Shown here in pieces: positions 36,866 to 46,330 of a DNA stretch of 64,000 nt (position 1 is its first letter; every line of letters begins with the position of its first letter). The translations under genes and the position numbers were made by a program. The notes under the pieces are model-generated. The model was not told the origin of the DNA. It worked only from the letters and a program-made list of their open reading frames with translations, and did not search any database. Source of the stretch: Guillardia theta CCMP2712. Taxonomy: Eukaryota; Protista; Cryptophyta. Location: positions 50,127 through 114,126 of the forward strand of contig NW_005434552.1 in the NCBI RefSeq assembly GCF_000315625.1. Direction: 5' to 3'.

Positions 36866-38964
36866 CTAGTCGATACCTAAACCTCTGAGATAATCCTTGA
36901 CATCTGAGTTATCAGCCAAAGTGAAGCAAGTCCTGCCGTACTCGTCCTTCTCCCTCAGCACCTCCTCCCCGCATGTCTCTTCAATGTACCGCACTACCTC
37001 CAAGTGCCCTCTCATACTCGCCCAGTGCGCGCATGTCCTGCCGTACTCGTCCTTCTCCCTCAGCAGCTCCTCCCCGCATGTCTCCCCAATATACTGCAGC
37101 ACCTCCTGGTGCCCTCCCGCACTCGCCAAGTGCGCGCATGTCCTGCCGTACTCGTCCTTCTCCCTCAGCAGCTCCTCCCCGCATGTCACCCCAATATACC
37201 GCACTACCTCCAAGTGCCCTCCCTCACTCGCCCAGTGCGCGCATGTCCTGCCGTGCTTGTCCTTCTCCCTCAGCACCTCCTCCCCGCATGTCGCTGCAAC
37301 ATACTGCACTACCTCCAAACGCCCTCCCACACTCGCCAAGTGCGCGCATGTCTTGCCGTACTCGTCCTTCCCTCTCAGCAGCTCCTCCCCGCATGTCTCC
37401 CCAATATACCGCACTACCTCCAAGTGCCCTTCATGACTCGCCTCATGTGCGCATGTCCTGCCGTGCTTGTCCTTCTCCCTCAGCACCTCCTCCCCGCATG
37501 TCGCTGCAACATACTGCACTACCTCCAAGTGCCCTCCCACACTCGCCACATGCGCGCATGTCCAGCCGTGCTTGTCCTTCTCCCTCAGCACCTCCTCCCC
37601 GCATGTCTCTACAGCATACCGCACTACCTCCAAGTGCCCTCCCTCACTCGCATAGTGCGCGCATGTCCTGCCGTGCTTGTCCTTCTCCCTCAGCAGCTCC
37701 TCCCCGCATGTCGCTGCAACATACCGCACTACCTCCAAGTGCCCTCCCACACTCGCCAAGTGCGCGCATGTCTTGCCGTGCTTGTCCTTCTCCCTCAGCA
37801 CCTCCTTCCCGATCGTCGTCGTAGCATTCGTCTTCATCCCCATGTGCCCTCTTCTTCACTACAAAGCATGTGCATGTCGACCGTCATTGTCCTTTTGGAG
37901 CAGCACCTCCTCCCCGCATGTCTAGCAACATCAGCAAAGGATCCAAGTGCCCTCCCACACTCGCCACATGCGCGCATGTCCAGCCGTGTTTGTCCTTCTC
38001 CCTCAGCAGGTCCTCCCCGCATGTCTCAACAGCATACCGCACTACCTCCAAGTGCCCTCCCTCACTCGCCAAGTGCGCGCATGTCCTGCCGTGCTTGTCC
38101 TTCTCCCTCAGCAGCTCCTCCCCGCATGTCGCTGCAACATACCGCACTACCTCCAAGTGCCACACTCGCCAAGTGCGCGCATGTCTTGCCGTGCTTGTCC
38201 TTCTCCCTCAGCACCTCCTCCCCGCATGTCGCTGCAACATACCGCACTACCTCCAAGTGCCCTCCCACACTCGCCAAGTGCGCGCATGTCCTGCCGTGCT
38301 TGTCCTTCTCCCTCAGCAGCTCCTCCCCGCATGTCGCTGCAACATACCGCACTACCTCCATGTGCCCTCCCACACACGCCAAGTGCGCGCATGTCCTGCC
38401 GTGCTTGTCCTTCTCCCTCAGCAGCTCCTCCCCGCATGTCGCTGCAGCATACCGCACTACCTCCATGTGCCCTCCCTCACTCGCCCAGTGCGCGCATGTC
38501 CTGCCGTACTCGTCCTTCTCCCTCAGCACCTCCTCCCCGCATGTCGCTGCAACATACCGCACTACCTCCAAGTGCCCTCCCTCACTCGCATAGTGCGCGC
38601 ATGTCGAACGGTACTTGTCCTTCTCCCTCAGCAGCTCCTCCCCGCATGTCACCCCAACATACCGCACTACCTCCAAGTGCCCTCCCTTACTTGCCAAGTG
38701 CGCGCATGTCCTGCCGTCATAATCCTTCTCCCTCAGCAGCTCCTCCCCGCATGTCTCTACAGCATACCGCACTACCTCCAAGTGACCTCCCTCACTCGCC
38801 AAGTGTGCGCATGTCCTGCCGTACCCGGTCTTGTCTTTCATCAAGGTCCTCAGAGCCTCTTTCCCGCATTGTTCCTCTACCGTCTTCAGCACCTCCACAT
38901 GCCCATACTCCGCCGCCCAGTGCACCATCGTCTTCCCTGCCCTGTCCTTCGCTCCTACCTCTGC
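36866..38964 (-). pseudogene. Expanded ankyrin array (~17 near-identical 35-aa units), 3' part of a third ART-ankyrin paralog
   Basis: Begins in the same AEVGAKD.AG.TMVHWA context and ends LRGLGID* with the shared 3' flank TTGTTGGCTCAGTCT; 5-nt deletion near 38160 and foreign insert at ~37805-37945. Confidence 0.85.
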
Positions 38965-39215
38965 AAGAGTGCTGGCAGGAGAAGAAGACGGCACGGCCGA
39001 GCTTCAGAGAGCTGCAGAAGAAGCTTCAGGAGCAGTATGATGAAGCCGTCGAAGAGCGCTGCCAGCAATGCGTCGTCTGCATGGAGCGAATAGCTGAATG
39101 GGCGCTGATCCCCTGCGGTCACAAGTGTCTGTGTGAGGACTGCAAGGAGGGAGCAACGTACAGGCAATGCCCGATGTGTCGCTCGAGCACGACAAGCATC
39201 TACAAGATCTACTAG
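38962..39215 (+). pseudogene. C-terminal fragment (kinase end + RING) of a third, more diverged kinase-RING paralog
   Basis: QECWQEKKTARPSFRELQKKL...CVVCMER.AEWALIPCGHKCLCEDC...CPMCR..IYKIY*. Confidence 0.85.
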
Positions 39216-40226
39216 TGCGAAGGTCAGCCTGCAGCAGCTACGAGCTAGGTGAAGTCTGATGATCTCTATCTCTTATAACTTGATGGCTCAAAAGGCATGT
39301 CTCAGCTCGTCAGGAGATGCAATGTGTCACAGTGTGCTTTGTTTACCTTAAGTAAACCTAGTCTACCTTCACCCAGTCTAATCCTGTAAGCTGGAATATG
39401 AACCAGCCTCTGCTACCATGTCCTGTACATACCTTAGAACATGAACCGCATACCTTAGAACATGAACGATCCTCTGCTACCATGTACTGAACATACCTTA
39501 GGTTGGCACGACAGCACTCTCAGCGAGCATGACATTAGGATGATTCAGAACGTCCTGTGAACGATAAAACAGCTGGGAGTAGGGCAGGTGGACAGGAGGC
39601 AGTTGGAGCAGCTGGTGGTTTTAGGATCAGATCTCGGCGAGCGTCTCTTCGCTTCAGTTGGATCGCACATTTTGTATTCGGACTTGAGGAGACCTCAGAT
39701 TTTAGAATGCATCAGAGGGCTTTCATGAGTGCGGAATACGTCCTTCTTCGGGTGTTTGATATCTGTTCTCCCGCACCGTAAATGATCATTACAATCACCA
39801 ACATCATTATCTGCACACATAAGGTAGGGCTTTTCAGGTAAGGTTTCTTCTGACGAAATTTCTTCCGATTCAAAAACTTAAGGTCGATGGACATCGGATC
39901 TCAAACGAAGAAATCTTTCTTGATGGGCTATCACAATATTAAATGAAGAAGAAAAACAAAAAAGAGGACCGTGAAGAAAACAACTCACAAAGCGTTGATA
40001 ATTTAGGCCTCAAAACAATACAGCTGCTGACAGCCATCCACATCCTACTATTTCGACTTGGAAAACAAAGATGAATATGCTAGTTCTACTGACCTCTCTC
40101 CTCCACAAGACACACTTCCTCCTTCCTCCCTCCTCCAATCCCCCTCCCCCTCCCCCTCCCCCTCCCGCCTTCTCCTTCTCCTTCTCCTCCCCTCCCCCCT
40201 GCTCGCCCCACCCCGTGCCCCTTCCT

Positions 40227-42122
40227 TCACATCCCTAACGACTCCACGATCGCCTCCGCCTCTCCTTCCTCTATGCACCGCGATGCTCCTCGCACTCGCC
40301 TTATCTCCTCGCACCGCAGCCTCTGAGGCGCATACGTCATCATCTGCGCCTTGATGTTGGGCTCCAGCGCGTGCCATGGCACCTCGGGCGTCGCCCTCCA
40401 TGCTTGTCTCCCCGCATACGTCTCGATCGTTGCCTGGTACCCGGGAAAGCTGTACTCCACCAGGTCGTACGGAGCTGACGCCCAACGAGCCGGGATCAGC
40501 TGCGGAGACACCACGCTCTCCAGTGTCTCGGAGAAGAAGGTCGCCATCCATGAGAACGTCGAGCGCGACAGAACCAGGTGCCTCGCCTGTACCAGCTCGT
40601 ACAAGTCCTGCATGGCCGCAGTCATCCGGCTCTCCACGTCCGGAAAGAGCTCCTGCAGGTAGCTGATGCACGGGTTGAGGAGCCTCGTCGACGGCTGCGA
40701 TACCAGCACGACCCGAGCGTGAGGATAGAGCTTCCGGTGGACCGCAATGGTGACCACGTAGAACGCCAGCGGCGGCTGCCACTGTCCCTTCCCAATATGA
40801 TTTGCTGCTGACATTCGCTGGAACACGTCTCCTGATCGGAGGTGAATACAGAGGTCGTCGCCCCTCGCTGCCGTCTCGAAGCGCAGCAGCACTTTTGACA
40901 CGATCCTCCTGAAGAACCGAAGCGTCCTCTCTCTGTCGAAGTCGATAGTCTGATCCAGCCCGTTCCGAGCAAGGTAACAGTCAGGCATCTTGCACTCCTT
41001 GACCCAGCCCTCGCCTGTTCCGCACGCCCCCTCCTCCCCCTCCAGCCGTATGCATCCTCCAAGCACTTTGAACACGCTCGCGATCTGGCTCGCCCGCACG
41101 TGGCTGCAGGAGTTGTCTGGGCTTTGCCAGCTCGCCTGCGGGAGGCGGATCGACGACGCATTCATCATCCGCGCTGTATCATGAGCGATCGCTAGCGTTA
41201 CAAACGCGTTTCCCAGTCGCCCTTCAAAGTACCTCACCCATACAACGCCTTCCCCTTCCGAGCAGCCCCCTGGCTCGCTCCCTGCCTCGACCCGGAGAAA
41301 GGTGACCCTCTCTGACGTTGTCGCAAGTAGCAGCATCGAGCTTGCCTCCTCCAGCTCCACCCTCACCAGCCGTTCTCCCTCCAGCTTTCCCGGCACCTCC
41401 ACTGCCACGCACGCCTTGCGCATCAAAGCGTCTCGACCGAACGCCTGTGACCCCACCACCTCCCCGTCCACGTACACCCTGGCCACGAAGCCCCACATGC
41501 TCTCTCGCCATGTCGTGCAGTCCCCGCCGTACGGCCAGGACACCTCGACCGACAGCATGCCACCGTCCATTCCCGTGTACACAAACGGCGACAGCGAGCC
41601 CTGCTGGATGCGCACGACCGGGTTGCATGGCAAGCATGAGCCGTCGAGCACCAGCACCTGGTAGACGTCCGACACCAGCAGCACCTCCTGCGAGCTGTAG
41701 GGCCGTAGCTTCAGAACCCCTGAGTATCTCCCACAGTCTACGCCAGGCGGGAACGGACTCGACATGTTGAGGTCCGTACACGTGTTAGCGTTGTAGACAG
41801 CCGTGAAGGTTTCGTCCAGCTCCATGTCGACGGAGAAAGAAGTGCAGCCCTGCTGCTGCTTGCTGGCCTTGAGCCAAGGATGCGACACGTGGAACCTCCA
41901 CGGGTGTACCGCATGCCCGTCCTCAACGTCCCAGAAGAACAGCGACCCTCTGTCCTTGTCTCCCTGCACATTGGCGTCCTTGCCGTCGGGTGCAGTCGCT
42001 TGATGTTGGGGGTCAGACCTCGCCGCATCAAGGAGGGGAGAAGAAGCGAGGAGGGGCGGAGCGAGGAGGAGAGCAAGGCAGGTGATCAGCAGCCCTCTCC
42101 TCCCCCTTTCCCTCAGCTCCAT
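40227..42122 (-). CDS. Signal-peptide/anchor protein with a C-terminal GT11-like (alpha-1,2-fucosyltransferase-like) domain
   Basis: 631-aa ORF; hydrophobic N-terminus; motifs GRLGN, CIHLRSGD, DLYEL..ARHLVLSRSTFSW. Confidence 0.75.
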   Translation of the reverse strand: MELRERGRRGLLITCLALLLAPPLLASSPLLDAARSDPQHQATAPDGKDANVQGDKDRGSLFFWDVEDGHAVHPWRFHVSHPWLKASKQQQGCTSFSVDMELDETFTAVYNANTCTDLNMSSPFPPGVDCGRYSGVLKLRPYSSQEVLLVSDVYQVLVLDGSCLPCNPVVRIQQGSLSPFVYTGMDGGMLSVEVSWPYGGDCTTWRESMWGFVARVYVDGEVVGSQAFGRDALMRKACVAVEVPGKLEGERLVRVELEEASSMLLLATTSERVTFLRVEAGSEPGGCSEGEGVVWVRYFEGRLGNAFVTLAIAHDTARMMNASSIRLPQASWQSPDNSCSHVRASQIASVFKVLGGCIRLEGEEGACGTGEGWVKECKMPDCYLARNGLDQTIDFDRERTLRFFRRIVSKVLLRFETAARGDDLCIHLRSGDVFQRMSAANHIGKGQWQPPLAFYVVTIAVHRKLYPHARVVLVSQPSTRLLNPCISYLQELFPDVESRMTAAMQDLYELVQARHLVLSRSTFSWMATFFSETLESVVSPQLIPARWASAPYDLVEYSFPGYQATIETYAGRQAWRATPEVPWHALEPNIKAQMMTYAPQRLRCEEIRRVRGASRCIEEGEAEAIVESLGM

Positions 42123-42205
42123 GCTGGCCTGAAGCGGTCAATGACCCAGGTCCGCCTCGGCTTTCAAATTTTCCGTACGAGCACAAAACTAACGTACCTG
42201 TGGGG

Positions 42206-42324
42206 CCTCTAAAACACTCTTTACCGACGCCATCCTGCTTTGAAAGGTCTGCGGATCTTGAGGTCCTCTAAATCACTCTTTACCGACGCCATCCTGCTTT
42301 GAAAGGTCTGCGGATCTTGAGGTC
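42206..42324. repeat. Two tandem copies of a 59-bp segment of 51692-51750
   Basis: CTTGAGGTCCTCTAAAACACTCTTTACCGACGCCATCCTGCTTTGAAAGGTCTGCGGAT matches 51692-51750 (one mismatch in the second copy). Confidence 0.95.
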
Positions 42325-42770
42325 ACGCTCGGCAGGTAGTGGACGTAGGCCATGATGATCACGTTGTGCCGCTTCCAGGGCGTGTGGGAGAGGATATACT
42401 CCGTGCAGATCAGCCGTATCCTCTTGAGCATCGCGACGTGCCTGCTCTCAAGGCTACGGAGGCTCTTGATGACAATCGCCAGCCAGTTGATGGTCTTCCC
42501 GTCGTTGAGTGCGTGCGTGTCCGGCAGGAACACCATGTCTGCGTTGTCGATCAGCACGTTGTCCTGCTCCCTCTCCCCCTCGATCACCCCGTAGATCCAC
42601 TTCTTGGTCGGCAGGTTGATCTGGTTCTCCACGTAGGACACCATCTCCGTGCCAAAGGCCTGGTCTGGCGTGCAGGTGACGACGCAGCGCTCGTAGCTGC
42701 CGCCGTTCTTCTCCTTGGGCGTGATGCGGAAGGGTTTGTCCTTGTCCTCTGCCCCCCCCGATATCACCAC
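42325..42770 (-). pseudogene. DcpS-like scavenger mRNA decapping enzyme (HIT family), compact and 3'-truncated
   Basis: KWIYGVIEGERE...FLPD...DGKT..WLAIV.KSLRSL..H..MLK.IR...YVHYLPSV; broken just before the HxHxH triad. Confidence 0.7.
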
Positions 42771-42903
42771 GCCTCGCTGCAGACCACCTCACTCATAGCT
42801 CACTAGGCCCTTATCGGCCGTTGCGCAGGCCGGTGCCATTAAATAATAGGGGAGACCTTTATACTAATAAAGCAAATTCCCACTTTTCCCCTTCCCGCTA
42901 CGC

Positions 42904-43263
42904 TCAGGCCGCCGCAGCCTCCTCCTCCTTGAAGGTCATCTCCGCCTCATACTTGGATAGAGCGGAGGCGTTGTTGATCTGGTCCTCCAGCGTCTTCTTC
43001 CTCTCCTTGAGGACCTCGGCGTCCAGCTTGGCGTAGAGGCGGGTGATCTCCTTCTCCTTGACGATCCCCGACTTCACGGCGCCGGCCTTAGGCTTTGACG
43101 CCTTCCCACCCTTCTTGCTGCTCTTCTTCTTGCTCTTTCCCGCGCCCTTCTGAGCTGCCCCCTTGTCAACGGGCTCCTCCTCGTCGGCCTCCTCCTCCTG
43201 CTCCATAGCCTGCTCGATCTCGTTCTCGAGCTCCTCCTCGGTGTATAAGGTATCGCTCACCAT
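42904..43263 (-). CDS. Hypothetical acidic/basic low-complexity protein with a coiled coil
   Basis: 119-aa intronless ORF with strong G/C third-position bias. Confidence 0.6.
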   Translation of the reverse strand: MVSDTLYTEEELENEIEQAMEQEEEADEEEPVDKGAAQKGAGKSKKKSSKKGGKASKPKAGAVKSGIVKEKEITRLYAKLDAEVLKERKKTLEDQINNASALSKYEAEMTFKEEEAAAA

Positions 43264-43417
43264 TGCAACGGTCTGGCTGCTGAAATACGGCAGAGGCCGC
43301 CTCCAGCGTGCAAGAAGCGGTCAGTTTTTTTGGCCCCCAACCGCACCAAAACAGGGGACACTCCAACTGCCTTGGTGAGGTGGTCAAACGTGCCTCGGAT
43401 CGCCCCCACTCGAGTCG

Positions 43418-44053
43418 ATGGATGCGATGGATCTCCCTGCCAAGGGGCCGGAGGGGGAGGAGGGCGTCCACTACTACGCCCCGCAGAGCAACTACGCAAA
43501 CGGGTGCACGATGTGCACCCCGGCCTGCTCTCGAGGCTCTTCGACCGCTTCCCGCTGGCGGACTCGGAAGGAGGAGATGGAGCGGCTGATGGCGCTCGCC
43601 AGCCACCTCCACACCAAGATGATACAGGAGTGCCGGGGGATGCACCGCATGTTCTCGATCGCGGACGTGAGGGGGAGGATCGAGTGCCCCGAGTCGGTCC
43701 GCTGCACGGAGGTGATGGGCACCGTCCAGAGCCTCCCGAGCGACTTCATCCAGCAGTTCGACGGGGATGGGAACGCGATCTGCATCGTGACGGACCTCCC
43801 CAAGCTGGTGGAGTGCATGCCGGAGGAGTCCGCCGTCCTCGTCAACGCCAACTTCCACACCGTGGCGCTGGTCCGCTGGGAGGGGGGGCTCTGGTTCTTT
43901 GACCCGATGGTGGCCTGCATCAGGGGCATGGCGGGGCCGCGGGAGGCGCTCAACTTCATCTGCGAGCGCTGCATCCCCACCCACTGCCAGGAGTTCACCG
44001 GGATGTTGATCAAGCCATCGGCGCGAAGCCCACCATGTGATGGAGAAGGGTGA
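43418..44053 (+). CDS. Hypothetical protein, possible papain-fold cysteine peptidase/deubiquitinase
   Basis: 211-aa intronless ORF; Q....CTMCT near the N-terminus and FHTVAL.....WFFDP, a Cys-His-Asp-like order. Confidence 0.45.
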   Translation: MDAMDLPAKGPEGEEGVHYYAPQSNYANGCTMCTPACSRGSSTASRWRTRKEEMERLMALASHLHTKMIQECRGMHRMFSIADVRGRIECPESVRCTEVMGTVQSLPSDFIQQFDGDGNAICIVTDLPKLVECMPEESAVLVNANFHTVALVRWEGGLWFFDPMVACIRGMAGPREALNFICERCIPTHCQEFTGMLIKPSARSPPCDGEG

Positions 44054-44209
44054 GGCTGGTGTTCTCCAGCTCCCAGACGTTGCCGAGCTCCAGGGCGATG
44101 CTCCTCCCCTGGAAGGGGGGTGTCTGGCAGGGCTGGCTGTGGAAGAACCGCAGTTTCAGCCCCGCCCCGATGTTGCAGAGCTCCACCTGCCCCGACAAGA
44201 CGTCCTTGG

Positions 44210-45235
44210 TCAGGGAGCCCTGAACGCAGGTGAGCTGCGGGGACTGCCGCGACCGCGCCGCCTGCCTAAATCCCTCTCGGCTCTCTCCGCCTCGGTGAGC
44301 TCCGCGCAGAGCATCCGGTTGAGCTCCTTCAGCGTCCCCTCGTTCCTCAGGTACTTGCCCTTGTGCTGGGCCGTCATTCTCGCCGCCTCCTCCGACAGCT
44401 CCGGCCGCATGCGGATGATCTCCCGCATCACCTGGTTGGCCACGTGGATCTGGCTGATCCTCGCGCCGTAGCGGATGATTCCGGAGGAGTGCAGGGAGGC
44501 GAAACAGTTGAAGCGCCCCGCCCCGCGGTCTCGCTAATAAAGTCGTTGCTGATCGCGTGCGCCGACCTTCCCCAGCCCCTGGCCTCCGAGGCCGGGCTCC
44601 CCCTCATCCTGACGACGCTGACTCCAGTGAGGTGGAGGGCGTGGCCCCGGGAGGGGGAGGTCGGGAGGTAGACGGTGTCGAGGACGTAGCAGTGACCCCG
44701 CCCCGACTGGCGGTGAGGAGGTGCCGGCTGATCGTCGAGCCGCCGCCCCTCAGGAGCAGGTCGCCCTGCCGCGTGCGCCTGGGGGGCCTTGTTACCCCCC
44801 TCCACGCGCGTCCGCGGGCCCAGCCCCAGCGCTCATCGCGTGTCGGAGCATGGCCATCCGCACCTCGTAGCAGCTGTCGAAGATGCTGTTGTTGGCGTTG
44901 AGGATGCGGTGGAGCGGGGGGATGTACGAACCGAGATCGGTGGGGACCGGCGGGCTGCCCGGGGTCTTGAGCTCGCAACTGCCGTGCTCGTGCTCCACCC
45001 CCTGCCCCTCCAACCGCCTCAGCACGCTCCTCACCAGGGTGTGGCAGCTGGAGCCGCAGTCGAGGGGGAGGACGTGATCGGAGGGCCTGCACTGTGAGTA
45101 GGTGTTGAGGGTGTAGGCGATCGCCTCGCTCTCGTACGCCGGGCGGCCACAAACTTGCCCGAGAGCCGGGACAGGTACTTCATCAGGCAAAATACCGACT
45201 GTATGCATACTTTCCCCGACGTGGCAGGGACGCAT
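44210..45235 (-). pseudogene. Degenerate hypothetical gene(s) of the compact island
   Basis: Chain of overlapping minus-strand ORFs (44792-45235, 44428-44805, 44210-44443) with coding-like GC3. Confidence 0.4.
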
Positions 45236-45249
45236 CTTGTACGGTGGAC

Positions 45250-46110
45250 CTGGCGGCTAGTCGTAAAGAACAACAGCTTCCGCTGCTCGATTCCTCGCCA
45301 CCTCTCTCACATCAGTCCCCTCATACGTTATCTTGCTACTACTGATACATAAACAAATCTAGCTTCATTCTTCATTCCTCCAAGTGCACTTTGTTACGTT
45401 GTGGAACAAGTCTCACATCACATCGATCCTGCTTTGGTGATAGAAGCTTGCGCCACTTTCGACCAGATTGTCCTTCAACAGCTCGGGAAAGCCTTCGACT
45501 GGCCCTCATTCCCCGGCGTCCAAGACAGTGCTGACTCGGCCTCCCCTCCAACCTCACTATCACTCTTTCTTCAAGCGTCAGCTACCGTACCAGGTTGGCG
45601 GCGATGGCTTCACTCCGCAAAGAGGCGTCAGTATGTCCCCTTACTACATAGCCACTGCCAATTTTCTGCAATGGAGTTCCACCCTGCACTGCGTGCAAGC
45701 CTGGACTTTCTCAACCCCCGCTCTCTTTGCTCGGTCGGATGGGATCCTCCGCCAGTCTAATGAGCCGGACCTTGTCCTCCCTCCCCTGCTGGCTTCTTTC
45801 CTGCAAGTATATCAGACCTTGATTGATCGGGGTGTGCCTCAATACACCGACCTGAGTAATCTGGATGGGGCACGTGCGAACAATGCGATCCCTTCACCTG
45901 CTCTGTTTCAGCTTGCCGGAGAACCTCCGTTCATTCCCCCTCAGAGATCTGTGACGGGACGTTTGATGCAAAGCTATCCTCCACATCTGTAGCTCAAGGC
46001 CCAGCTATCAGCAACCCAGCAAGCTCTCCTCGTTGCTCACTCCACCTATGCGGTCGAGCTCTACCCTGCAGAGACAGCGAGTCAGTCCTCCACCCCCTCG
46101 GTCAATCCTA
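45250..46110 (+). mobile_element. Degenerate non-LTR retrotransposon fragment (RT thumb region, CRE/R2-like)
   Basis: RHLSHISP...ACATFDQIVLQQL...QLPYQVGGDGFT...YYIATANF resembles the LP...GGLG...AY.AS post-RT motif; stops and frameshifts. Confidence 0.5.
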
Positions 46111-46330
46111 CCGAATCCTTTGAGTGCTTTTTAACTTAACTTTGAGTAAAACGTTTGAGTAAAAAGAACAATACAAAGAAATCCCGCCTTTCTTGTTTTG
46201 TGGGTTCAGTAGTATGATGGAGCGATCACGGAGGAGGTACTAGGGAGGAGGAGGGAGGAGGGAGCAGGAGGATGGAAGAACAGGAAGAGAACGGTCTGTA
46301 GTGGAGGATCCTGAGAGAGAGGAAGGACGG

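Noticed and set aside
2900-39215. Canonical NLR (NACHT/NB-ARC) genes or an autonomous transposase/helitron driving the shuffling
   Set aside because: No P-loop NTPase, transposase, Rep or integrase motifs found in the sequenced parts; gaps could hide short pieces
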